Assembly (NCBI GenBank): GCA_035622675.1
Contig: DASPUW010000333.1
Coordinates: 1-51,099, forward strand
Direction: 5' to 3'
From: Burkholderiales bacterium
GTDB taxonomy: Bacteria > Pseudomonadota > Gammaproteobacteria > Burkholderiales > SHXO01
DNA length: 51,099 nucleotides
This document shows positions 26,922 to 35,760 of the stretch, in pieces (positions within the stretch are counted from its first letter, which is position 1; each line of letters opens with the position of its first letter). The position numbers and the translations under genes are program-made. Under the pieces are notes generated by a model. The model ran no database searches. It saw only the letters and a list, made by a program, of their open reading frames with translations, and was not told the origin of the DNA.

Positions 26922-27116
26922 TCACGGATTGTCGTAGTAGACATAGCCTTTCTGCGGGACTTTGGACTCCTGATCCCGCTCGAGGTCTCCCAGCGCATCC
27001 GGCTGGTCCCACCAGATGGCCCGGGCCTGCTTCTGCTTTTCCGCCAGCGCCGGGTTCTTGTCCAGGAACTCGCGAATGAACCTGGTCAGATCGGATTCGT
27101 ACCCTGTCTTCCTCAT
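26922..27116 (-). CDS. DUF3460-like small protein
   Basis: 64 aa. YESDLTRFIREFL...ARAIWWDQ...KGYVYYDNP resembles the small conserved betaproteobacterial DUF3460 family. This is from memory and was not searched. Confidence 0.7.
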   Translation of the reverse strand: MRKTGYESDLTRFIREFLDKNPALAEKQKQARAIWWDQPDALGDLERDQESKVPQKGYVYYDNP

Positions 27117-27209
27117 GGAATATCCTAGGCTTGCTGCCCGGCTCGGGGATTGAAAGCGGCTGTGCGGGACACAATTTTCCGGCCATTATCGCAGTATTTG
27201 GTCCAGACC

Positions 27210-29270
27210 ATGCCTGCTTCCCCGCCCTTTCCAGAGTCCATCGAGGCCCCCCTCGCGCTGCGCGCACCCCGCTCGGTCACCGTGCATGGGCGCACGCTCT
27301 CCGACGACTACGGCTGGCTGCGTGAAAAAGAGGATCCGCGCGTGCGCGCGTATCTCGAAGCGGAGAACGTGTACACACGCGCGGTCATGCAATCGACCGA
27401 GGCGTTTCAGGAGTCGCTCTACCAGGAAATGCTGGCACGCATCAAGGAAACGGACATGGGCGTGCCCTACCGCTACGGCGACTACGACTACTACAGCCGC
27501 ACCGAGGCGGGCAAGGACTATCCGATCTACTGCCGGCGGCGACGCGTCGATGCCGCGCCGGAAGAAATCATCCTGGACATGAATGCGTTGGCGGAAGGCT
27601 ACGAGTTCTTCTCGCTCGGAGCGCTTGCCGTGAGCCCTGACGGGAATCTGCTGGCGTATTCGACCGACGTCACCGGTTTTCGCGAGTTCACGCTGCAGGT
27701 CAAGGATCTGCGCACTGGAGAGCTGCTCCCCGAGCGCATCGACAAGACCCGCTCCGTAGCGTGGGCCAGCGACAGCACGAGCTTGTTCTACGTCAAGGAA
27801 GATGCCGCCAAGCGCGCCTGGCGCCTCTATCGCCACGAACTGGGCCGTGATGACGATGCACTGGTGTTCGAAGAGAACGATGCGCGCTTCAGCATCGGCG
27901 TGCAGCGCTCGCGGAGCCGCAGCTGGATCTTCCTGGGCTCGCACAGCGCGACGACATCGGAGGTGTATTGCATCCCTGCGGATCGACCGGCCGCGGCGCC
28001 GCGCGTGATCGTTGCGCGCGTCCCCGAACACGAATATCACGTCGATCACCGCGGGGACTTGTTCTATATCGTCACCAACGATCGCGGCCGCAACTTCCGC
28101 CTGGTCACGGCGCCCGTCGCCGACCCCCGCCAGGACAATTGGACCGAAGTGATACCGCATCGCGACGATGTGATGCTGGAGGACGTGGACCTGTTTTCGC
28201 GGCACATGGTCATCCACGAGCGCGCGGGGGGATTCCCGCGCCTGCGCGTTCTGCGCTTCGATGACGCGCAGGTACATGACGTTCAATTTCCGGAGCCCGC
28301 CTGCTCGGTGTTCGGGACGGGCAATGCCGAGTTCGACACGGACGTCTTTCGCCTATCCTACGAGTCCCTCGTCACGCCCGACTCGGTGTTCGACTACGAC
28401 ATGAGCACGCGCAACCGCAAGCTGCTCAAGCAGGAGGAGGTATTGGGTGGCTACGATCCGGCGCGCTACCAGTCCGAGTTGATTTATGCCACCGCTCAGG
28501 ATGGTACGCAGCTGCCGATCTCGATGGTCTATCGCCGCGACCTGCGCCGCCCCGGCCCTCAGCCGCTGCTGCTGAGCGGCTACGGCGCCTACGGTTTCGC
28601 GTCGGATGTGCACTTCAGCTCGACACGCCTGTCGCTGCTCGATCGCGGCCTGATCGTGGCGATCGGTCACGTGCGCGGCGGCGGCGAGATGGGCAAGCGC
28701 TGGCACGATCAGGGCCGCATGCTGAACAAGCGCAACACCTTCACCGATTTCGTCGCGGTAGCGGAGCGGCTGATCGCAGCGGGCTACTCCTCGCGCGAGC
28801 AGCTCGTCATCCAGGGCGGCAGCGCGGGTGGGTTGTTGATGGGCGCCGTGACGAACCTGCGGCCGGACCTGTTCAAGGCCGTGGTGGCAGAGGTGCCGTT
28901 CGTCGATGTGATCAACACCATGCTCGATGCAAGCCTGCCGCTCACCACCGGCGAGTACGAAGAATGGGGCAACCCGCAGCAGCGGGAGTACTTCGAGTAC
29001 ATGTTGTCCTACTCGCCCTACGACAACATCGAGGCGAAAGCCTATCCGCCGATGCTGGTCGAGACATCCCTGAACGACAGCCAGGTGATGTACTGGGAGC
29101 CGGCCAAGTACGTGGCCAAGCTGCGCGCGACCAAGACCGACGCCAACCCGCTGCTGCTCAAGATCAACATGGGTGCCGGACATGGTGGCGCATCAGGGCG
29201 CTACGATTTCCTGCGCGAGATCGCGTTCACCTATTCATTCATCCTGTGGCAGGTCGGGCTGGCGCCCTGA
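27210..29270 (+). CDS. ptrB: oligopeptidase B (S9A prolyl oligopeptidase family)
   Basis: The beta-propeller N-terminal part includes DDYGWLREKEDP. The catalytic domain has GGSAGGLLMG (Ser), then NDSQV and GHGG. The ATG at 27210 is preferred over the track start. Confidence 0.92.
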   Translation: MPASPPFPESIEAPLALRAPRSVTVHGRTLSDDYGWLREKEDPRVRAYLEAENVYTRAVMQSTEAFQESLYQEMLARIKETDMGVPYRYGDYDYYSRTEAGKDYPIYCRRRRVDAAPEEIILDMNALAEGYEFFSLGALAVSPDGNLLAYSTDVTGFREFTLQVKDLRTGELLPERIDKTRSVAWASDSTSLFYVKEDAAKRAWRLYRHELGRDDDALVFEENDARFSIGVQRSRSRSWIFLGSHSATTSEVYCIPADRPAAAPRVIVARVPEHEYHVDHRGDLFYIVTNDRGRNFRLVTAPVADPRQDNWTEVIPHRDDVMLEDVDLFSRHMVIHERAGGFPRLRVLRFDDAQVHDVQFPEPACSVFGTGNAEFDTDVFRLSYESLVTPDSVFDYDMSTRNRKLLKQEEVLGGYDPARYQSELIYATAQDGTQLPISMVYRRDLRRPGPQPLLLSGYGAYGFASDVHFSSTRLSLLDRGLIVAIGHVRGGGEMGKRWHDQGRMLNKRNTFTDFVAVAERLIAAGYSSREQLVIQGGSAGGLLMGAVTNLRPDLFKAVVAEVPFVDVINTMLDASLPLTTGEYEEWGNPQQREYFEYMLSYSPYDNIEAKAYPPMLVETSLNDSQVMYWEPAKYVAKLRATKTDANPLLLKINMGAGHGGASGRYDFLREIAFTYSFILWQVGLAP

Positions 29271-29309
29271 GATTCGCGGGCGCCGTCCCTAGCCTCTCGC
29301 TGCCCTTGG

Positions 29310-30383
29310 CTACTCTCGCGGCTTTGCCAAGGCCTCTCCGACGTAGAGCACGACCGCCTCAAACAGCAGATCCCGCGGATAGTGAGTCTTGGCGGCGTTG
29401 CCGCCCCAGTACGGCCATTTCTCCTGCAGCGGCAATACCACCGCCCAGTGATCGCCGTGGGCATAGCCGAGCAGGACGCTGCCGGGTATGAGTTGATCGT
29501 AGAAGATGGTCTGACCGTCGTTCAGCGCCTCGGCGCGGTTGAGGTCGCCCTTGGTAATGAACATGAGCCTGGCGGTCTCGTCCGGGACGGTGAACGAGCT
29601 CACCGAGAAGTAGCGCACGTTTGCAGGCAGGCGGTGGCGCGAGAGCCATTGTGTGCGCACCTTGACACGCAGGCTGTCCAGCACGCCGTGATCGCCGGCA
29701 CCGCACGACTTCAAGTCGATGGCGGCGACCATGGCGTACAGGCCGGCATACGCTTCCCCGAGCGGAGAGCCGTTGACGGCGCCCGCGAAGCTCACCACCG
29801 CGTCCACCCGCGCCGCAAGCTCGGGGTTGCGGACCAGGAACTCGAGGATGTCCGGCGTGCCCTTCGAATATCCCATCAGCACGAGTTTTTCGCCCGGGCC
29901 GACTTGCTCCTCGCGCACAGCGTCGGCGATCTGTGCTGCATTGTGTGCGCTGCTCGAGCGGCCATCTACGGTGACGAGCCGGATCCGGTAGCCCAGATCC
30001 GAGAGCTTCGCGATGTCCGCGGGGAACGGGGTGGCGATATCCCGAAAACATTCTCCGAACGCGCCGCCGACGAACAGGATGTGCATCGAGGGATCGAAAG
30101 CGGGCAGTGGAGCTGGCGCGCTCCGCGGTGGCGCCTCATCGCTCAGGCGCACGAGCACCTCATCGCAGCTTGCTGCGCTGGCCGAGGGATCGGCCGCGAG
30201 AACGCCGCAGTAGATCTCGCGAAAGCGCACTCGGCCGTCGGTGGCGGGCGGCTGACCCAGGACGCTCAACTGCAGGGCCGGAACGTCGGTGCGGTACTTG
30301 GTGAGCGGCGGTGTGCAGGCGGAGATCGACAGCACGAGCACTGCGCCCGCGATCGCTCCCCATCGCATGGTCAGCAGGTTCAC
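29310..30383 (-). CDS. lipoprotein alpha/beta hydrolase (lipase-like serine hydrolase)
   Basis: Lipobox LSISAC, nucleophile elbow GYSKG, and later NDGQ and GDHW as candidate Asp and His. Confidence 0.78.
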   Translation of the reverse strand: MNLLTMRWGAIAGAVLVLSISACTPPLTKYRTDVPALQLSVLGQPPATDGRVRFREIYCGVLAADPSASAASCDEVLVRLSDEAPPRSAPAPLPAFDPSMHILFVGGAFGECFRDIATPFPADIAKLSDLGYRIRLVTVDGRSSSAHNAAQIADAVREEQVGPGEKLVLMGYSKGTPDILEFLVRNPELAARVDAVVSFAGAVNGSPLGEAYAGLYAMVAAIDLKSCGAGDHGVLDSLRVKVRTQWLSRHRLPANVRYFSVSSFTVPDETARLMFITKGDLNRAEALNDGQTIFYDQLIPGSVLLGYAHGDHWAVVLPLQEKWPYWGGNAAKTHYPRDLLFEAVVLYVGEALAKPRE

Positions 30384-31450
30384 CGGCTTTCGGGCTCTTG
30401 GGCGAGCTGTTCGGAAAGGTACAGCGCGATCGCCTCGACCAGCGCGTCGCGCGGGAACCAGTTGTGGCCGGTGACGAATGTCGCGAGCATCGGCCTCTTC
30501 TCCTCGATCGGCACGGCCACGCCCCAGTGATCGGCGTTGGTGTAGCCGAGAAGTGTGGCGCCGGGAATGACCTGATCGTAGAACAACAGCTGGCCGTCGT
30601 TGCGCGGATCGATCTCGGTCAGGGCCGCGGCGAAGGGGCGCAATGGTCCCGCGACGCTGTCCGTGCGGGTGAACGACACCAGCGAGAAATACCTGGTGCT
30701 CTGCGGGAGGCGATGCTCGGCCAGCCAGTTGAGGCGCAGCGGCCGCCGCAGGCTGTCCACCGCGCCGCCATCTCCCGCGTCGCAGCCGGCTACCGAGACC
30801 CGCCTGAGCGAGCGATCGTACGGAGCGGATGCCGCGTCGGCCAATGCGGAGCCGTTGATGGCTCCGGCAACGCTCACCACCGCTCTGACGCGCTTCGTGA
30901 GCTCGGGATACGCGACCAGAAACTCGAGAATGTCCACCGCCCCTTTCGAATACCCAACCAGGACCAAGCGCTGATCAGCGGCAGCCGCCTTGGACACGAA
31001 CTGTGCGATGTCTTCCGCATTGCTGGTGCTGCTCGAGCGGCCGCTGACGACGAGAATCTCCGCTTCGTAGCCGAGGCTCTGCAGGCGCGGCACAGCGGTC
31101 TCGAAGGGCAGCGCGACAACGCTCGCGCAATCGTTGAACAAGCCCGGCACGAATACGAAGCGAAGGCGTGTATCGCGGGGCGGCAGCGCAACCGGCCGCG
31201 CGGCGCCAGGCGCTTCGTCGCTCAGGCGGTGCAGGAGCTCTTCGCAGGTGCGCTGCTTGGGGTTCGGATTGTCCTGCAGCGTTGCACAGAACAACTCGCG
31301 AAACCGGACACGCCCATCCCGTACCTCGGGCGCATCCAGTACGCCCATGGTCTGCGCCGGGAGATCGAGATCGTACTTGCGCATCGGGCTGGCGGTGCAG
31401 CCCAGCAGGACGACGGATGCAAGAAACACCAGGCTGCGATTGCCAAACAT
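30380..31450 (-). CDS. lipoprotein alpha/beta hydrolase, tandem paralogue
   Basis: Lipobox LLGC, then GYSKG, NDGQ and ADHW. It is colinear with the downstream paralogue along its full length, and the two genes overlap by 4 nt. Confidence 0.78.
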   Translation of the reverse strand: MFGNRSLVFLASVVLLGCTASPMRKYDLDLPAQTMGVLDAPEVRDGRVRFRELFCATLQDNPNPKQRTCEELLHRLSDEAPGAARPVALPPRDTRLRFVFVPGLFNDCASVVALPFETAVPRLQSLGYEAEILVVSGRSSSTSNAEDIAQFVSKAAAADQRLVLVGYSKGAVDILEFLVAYPELTKRVRAVVSVAGAINGSALADAASAPYDRSLRRVSVAGCDAGDGGAVDSLRRPLRLNWLAEHRLPQSTRYFSLVSFTRTDSVAGPLRPFAAALTEIDPRNDGQLLFYDQVIPGATLLGYTNADHWGVAVPIEEKRPMLATFVTGHNWFPRDALVEAIALYLSEQLAQEPESR

Positions 31451-31504
31451 CGGACCGATGCTACCCCGTCCGGCCCTTTCCCGCTTCGCAACCGGCGACG
31501 ATCG

Positions 31505-32998
31505 CTAATTCAATTTCTGCAGGTCGCTCGGCTTCCAGCTCTTGTCGAAGAACGCCTTGGTCGGGCCGTACAGGCGCAGGATGACGAAGAAGCCCTTGTC
31601 GGGAACGGTAGCCAGCCAGTTCTTGCCCTCGCCGGGCGAGTCGGGACCAAAATAGATGTCGATCGAGCCATCCTTGTTCTTGACCGGCTTGTCCATGGCG
31701 TTGATCGACGGGAAGGACTGGCCGTTGTCCAGCCCTGACGCGGTGATGGAATCGTAGACACTCACCGACCAGAACAGCGCGGCGGGAATCCCCTTCGGCA
31801 AACGCAGCTTGTACGACTGTGATCCGGAGAGGAAATTGCCTTCCGCGTCGACGAACGTCGCCGGGTACTTGGCTCCGACGCCGACCATCGTCGCCGCCAT
31901 GCCGGGACTCGCGGAGTAGGCGTTGGTGAAAAAGCCGGTACGCGGATCGATGAAGTTGAAGGTGTCCGCAGTGAATGTCGCGTTGCCCGGAAACACGTTC
32001 AACCAGCGGCGGTCCTTGTACCACAGGCTGTTCGCTACGATGGTCTGCGGCTCGTACGTGATGGCGTGCCCGATGCGGGTGGCGGTGCGCGCGGCCCGGT
32101 CGAGAACATCCCGGGTGTGTGCGTCGGGCTGGAATTTCTTGCCCTTGATGATGCCGAGCGAGGCTGCCATGCCGCGCATCTCCATGTCGGCTGGATCGAC
32201 ATACTCGTGCGCCAGGAAACGCGCGAGCATGTCGAACGCGCTGCCGTCTGCCGGGTAGAGCATGTTGACCGGCACGTTGGACGCGTTCGGGAACTGCATG
32301 GGCTTGGCGCTCTTCCGGTTGCCGAGCGGATAGATGCGGGTCTTCTCCAACAGGTCGACCGGTCCCTCCAGCTGCTTCGGATCCTTGAAGAAGCCGCGCC
32401 AGAACACGAATACGCCGTAAGTGCGGGAGCGCAGGGTGTAGAACTCTCTCGGCACGTCACCGTGGTAATCGGGCGGCAGGATCAGATACTTGCCTCCCTT
32501 GCCGCGATCCGGTCCGGGCAGGCCCACGTCGCCGCACCAGATGCGCCCGGCGATCTTGCGCTCCGAGCAGATCGGGCGCTGAAAGAAGTCGTCCAGGATG
32601 CCCTGCAGACCTGGTGGAACCTCGATGACCATCGGGCCGTCCGCCTTGAGGTCTAGATAGCCCATTGCGTAGATCACGTCCGAATTGGGCGTGGTGATGA
32701 GCGTCTTGGCGTTCAATCGGTCCTTCCAGATCGGCAGGACGTTGTAGCCTTTGCCGAAGACTTTCTCGGAGCCCTCCTTCATCGCGTAGATGTTGAGTGC
32801 GGGCAGTGCCCAGATGTAGGTCTGCACAGCGCGCTGGAACAGGAGCTCATCCTTGAGCGCGGCGATCCCGTCCTTGGAGGGATACCCGTTAGGGAAGGGG
32901 AGCTCCGCCAGCTCGTCGTAGCGCGATGTCTGCGCGTGCGCTGGAAGAATCAACCCTGCGCAAAGGGCAAAAATGGCGAGGCGTCTGCAAGACGGCAT
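31505..32998 (-). CDS. secreted DUF1254/DUF1214 domain protein
   Basis: Signal peptide, then DUF1254-like AVQTYIWALPALN...TPNSDVIYAMGYLDLKADGPMVIEVP, then DUF1214-like ALFWSVSVYD. Confidence 0.82.
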   Translation of the reverse strand: MPSCRRLAIFALCAGLILPAHAQTSRYDELAELPFPNGYPSKDGIAALKDELLFQRAVQTYIWALPALNIYAMKEGSEKVFGKGYNVLPIWKDRLNAKTLITTPNSDVIYAMGYLDLKADGPMVIEVPPGLQGILDDFFQRPICSERKIAGRIWCGDVGLPGPDRGKGGKYLILPPDYHGDVPREFYTLRSRTYGVFVFWRGFFKDPKQLEGPVDLLEKTRIYPLGNRKSAKPMQFPNASNVPVNMLYPADGSAFDMLARFLAHEYVDPADMEMRGMAASLGIIKGKKFQPDAHTRDVLDRAARTATRIGHAITYEPQTIVANSLWYKDRRWLNVFPGNATFTADTFNFIDPRTGFFTNAYSASPGMAATMVGVGAKYPATFVDAEGNFLSGSQSYKLRLPKGIPAALFWSVSVYDSITASGLDNGQSFPSINAMDKPVKNKDGSIDIYFGPDSPGEGKNWLATVPDKGFFVILRLYGPTKAFFDKSWKPSDLQKLN

Positions 32999-33233
32999 GA
33001 CGATTCTCCACGTTGACGAACAGCGTTGTGCTGCTCAGAAGCACTACCGGATATGGCAGGAAGCTGCCGGGCGGCCCACACTCCGCCGGCAGCGCGGAAA
33101 TTCACGGCTGATCACGGAAAGTCTAAAGGGAAAAATCTGCCGGCTCAACCGCAGATCGGCATGTCGCTCCCGGTCGCAAGTCTTGCATTCGACGCCGTTG
33201 TTGCCTGCGACCCGATATCCTCGTGGCCGGATC

Positions 33234-33380
33234 ATGGATGCAAACCTCACCACGCTGTTACTCGTCGCGCTGATCGCGGTTGCTGCGCCGCTCGTGGCCG
33301 AGTTTCCCATCGGCTTGCGGCTGCCCACCGTCGTCGTGGACGTCGCTTTGGGCGTGGACAAGCGCCGCGCCATTCGCTAG
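33234..33380 (+). pseudogene. N-terminal remnant of a CPA2 cation:proton antiporter gene
   Basis: MDANLTTLLLVALIAVAAPLVAEFPIGLRLPTVVVDVALGV matches the first TM hairpin of CPA2 antiporters. It then diverges (DKRRAIR) and stops after 48 codons. Confidence 0.55.
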
Positions 33381-33414
33381 ATTGATACGGGTTTCGCGAG
33401 AGCGACAGAATCGT

Positions 33415-33451
33415 TGCTGCAGCGCGGAGATCGACGTATCGCGCTGCGGCA
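33415..33451. promoter_or_regulatory. inverted repeat upstream of the PQQ dehydrogenase gene
   Basis: TGCTGCAGCGCG / CGCGCTGCGGCA pairs at 11 of 12 positions with a 13-nt loop. Function unknown; it could be a terminator of the remnant or a regulator site. Confidence 0.3.
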
Positions 33452-33547
33452 GGCGCTTCGTCGAACGCGCGCGCCTGACGGCGGTTGGCTCATCGGCGCC
33501 GGCCACAATATTGTTCGGATGACAACGATACCGGGAGGTAGAGGACT

Positions 33548-35236
33548 ATGAAGAGCATCGATCGAGCGCTCCTGACCGGAGCCGCCCTCGCCGCGATGGC
33601 GATGTCGGGCACGGCGCTGGCGCAGGCCGAATGGCAGCACTACGGCAACGACCAGTCGAACACACGTTTCAGCTCGCTGGACCAGATCAATACCGGCAAC
33701 GTCAAGAACCTGAAGGTCGTCTGGGCCCACTCGCTGGGCACCTCCGACAGTCAGGAATCCTCGCCGCTCATCGTCGACGGCACCATGTACGTGACCAGTT
33801 CCACCGGGCCACGCTACGTTTTCGCCCTCGACGCGAAGACTGGGGAAAAGAAGTGGACCTACCAGCCTGAATTACCGGCGGACTATATGGCGACGGTGTG
33901 CTGCGGCCTGGACAATCGCGGTGTCGCCGTGGCCAACGGCAAGGTGTTCTTCGGGCGCCTCGACGCCAAGCTCGAAGCACTGGACGCGAAGACCGGCAAG
34001 CACCTTTGGACGGCCACCGTTGCAGACTACAAGGCGGGCTACGCCATTACCACCGTGCCGCTGATCGTCAAGGACCTCGTCATCACTGGCATGTCCGGCG
34101 GCGAGTACGGCGTGCGCGGATTCGTGGTCGCCTACAAGCAGTCCACCGGTGAACAGGTGTGGAAGACCTATACCATCCCCGGTCCTGGCGAGCCGGGCAA
34201 CGACAGCTGGAAGGGCGACTCGTGGAAGACTGGCGGCGCCTCCACATGGGGCGTTGGCGCATATGATGCGAAGCGCAATCTGGTGTTCTGGTCCACCAGC
34301 AACGCCGGCCCCTGGGGCGGGCAGACCCGTGGGACTGACTCCGCCGACTATGGCCAGTTCACCAACCTGTGGAGCGCCTCACAGCTGGCCTTCGATGCCG
34401 ACACCGGCAAGATCGCGTGGGGCTATCAGTACACCCCGCACGATGTCTGGGACTACGACGGCATAAACGAGGCCGTGCTGACCGACCTGAACATTGGCGG
34501 CAAGCAGGTTCCCGCGCTGATGCATGCGGACCGCAACGGATTCTTCTACGTGCTCAATCGCGACACCGGCAAGGTGGTGGCTGCGGATCCGTTCGTGACC
34601 GTCAACTGGGCGACCCACGTCGATCTCGAGACCGGCAAGCCGGTCGAAGCGCCTAACAACGAGAAGCGTCCGCAACTCGGCAAATGGGCCCGCAACGTCT
34701 GCCCGAACTTGATCGGCGGCAAGAACTGGTCGCCCATGTCCTACAGCAAGCAGACTGGTCTCGTGTACTTGCCGGCGTTCAATATGTGCATGGACATCGC
34801 GAACCGCGAGGAGGAATACACGCCGGGCAAGTTCTATCTCGCATCCGAGTTCGATCTCGGCAAGGCCGGGGCGACCGGTTCGAACCTGGGCGAGTTCATC
34901 GCCTGGGACCCGGTCGCAAGAAAGAAGGCCTGGTCGATTGAGGAAGAGAACATGTGGGCGAGCGGCGCCATGTCGACGGCAGGCGGGCTGGTGTTCTACG
35001 GCAACATCAACGGCGTGTTCAAGGCAGTGGACGCAAAGACCGGCAAGGTGCTGTGGCAGTTCCGCGTCGGCACCGGGATTACGCAGAGCGCTGTGACCTA
35101 CTCCATCGATGGCAAGCAGTACGTCGCCGTGGTTGCCGGTCGCCTGAAGGGCCCGCCCTCCTTCTTCGGCAAGATCGGCCAGAAGATGATGGAGGCAAGC
35201 CCGGAAGGTGGCATCCTCATGGTGTTCTCGCTCTAA
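33548..35236 (+). CDS. PQQ-dependent alcohol dehydrogenase (methanol/ethanol family), lanthanide-type motif
   Basis: Signal peptide, WQHYGNDQSNTRFS, the vicinal Cys pair TVCCGLDNRG, W-motif propeller blades, and YTPHDVWDYDGINE, which has Asp two residues after the catalytic Asp. Confidence 0.92.
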   Translation: MKSIDRALLTGAALAAMAMSGTALAQAEWQHYGNDQSNTRFSSLDQINTGNVKNLKVVWAHSLGTSDSQESSPLIVDGTMYVTSSTGPRYVFALDAKTGEKKWTYQPELPADYMATVCCGLDNRGVAVANGKVFFGRLDAKLEALDAKTGKHLWTATVADYKAGYAITTVPLIVKDLVITGMSGGEYGVRGFVVAYKQSTGEQVWKTYTIPGPGEPGNDSWKGDSWKTGGASTWGVGAYDAKRNLVFWSTSNAGPWGGQTRGTDSADYGQFTNLWSASQLAFDADTGKIAWGYQYTPHDVWDYDGINEAVLTDLNIGGKQVPALMHADRNGFFYVLNRDTGKVVAADPFVTVNWATHVDLETGKPVEAPNNEKRPQLGKWARNVCPNLIGGKNWSPMSYSKQTGLVYLPAFNMCMDIANREEEYTPGKFYLASEFDLGKAGATGSNLGEFIAWDPVARKKAWSIEEENMWASGAMSTAGGLVFYGNINGVFKAVDAKTGKVLWQFRVGTGITQSAVTYSIDGKQYVAVVAGRLKGPPSFFGKIGQKMMEASPEGGILMVFSL

Positions 35237-35262
35237 CCCGAAGATCGATGTGACGCATTGCT

Positions 35263-35288
35263 GCCGCGGGGTTTTATCCCCCCGCGGC
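35263..35288 (+). promoter_or_regulatory. intra-operon GC hairpin between dehydrogenase and cytochrome genes
   Basis: GCCGCGGGG / CCCCGCGGC is a 9-bp stem with an 8-nt loop and no T-run. It could be a processing or stability element, or a partial terminator. Confidence 0.45.
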
Positions 35289-35359
35289 CGTGCGGTCGAA
35301 ATGAAACCGGTGGACTTGGCACTGCCGTCGCGTCCACCGCGTTTCGCAACCCACGGAAG

Positions 35360-35755
35360 ATGGGAGAACATTTCGTGATTTCCAGGATGGTAGTCTTGAT
35401 TGCCGCCGCATCGGCGGCCGCGACCATCCTCTGCGTTTGCGCCCCCGCCATGGCGGGGGACGCAACCCGTCCGGTGAACCCGTACTCCGGCAACGCCCAG
35501 ATAGCGCAGGAAGGTGGCAGCCTGTTCAACCAATATTGCTCGCATTGCCATGGACCGTGGGCCGAGCAAGGCGAGCGTCCGCGCGACCTGCGGCGGCTGC
35601 GTATCCGTTATGGGGACGACGCCATCTCGATGTTCTACGCCACCGTCAGCACCGGGCGTCCGGACAAAGGCATGCCGGTCTGGAAGGGCGTGCTGAGCGA
35701 CGAGACCCTGTGGAAGATCTTCACCTTCCTCGAAACTGTGCAGACCGAGGACTAG
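35360..35755 (+). CDS. small class I c-type cytochrome (probable electron acceptor of the PQQ dehydrogenase)
   Basis: Signal peptide ending APAMA, haem site CSHCH, and candidate distal Met in KGMPVW. The start is uncertain: ATG 35360, GTG 35375 (preceded by GGGAGA) or ATG 35387. Confidence 0.85.
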   Translation: MGEHFVISRMVVLIAAASAAATILCVCAPAMAGDATRPVNPYSGNAQIAQEGGSLFNQYCSHCHGPWAEQGERPRDLRRLRIRYGDDAISMFYATVSTGRPDKGMPVWKGVLSDETLWKIFTFLETVQTED

Positions 35756-35760
35756 CGGCA

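Noticed and set aside
33344-33363. Possible direct repeat or attachment-site microhomology at the two junctions of the 11-kb block. CGCTTTGGGCGTGGACAAGC at 33344..33363 was compared with CGCTTGGGTGACGAGC at 44334..44349.
   Set aside because: The match needs several gaps, is short and is GC-rich, so it is compatible with chance. I do not call it an att site or target-site duplication.
34877-34884. GGTTCGAA, a tRNA T-arm-like motif.
   Set aside because: It lies inside the PQQ dehydrogenase coding frame. No acceptor, D or anticodon arms can be drawn around it.
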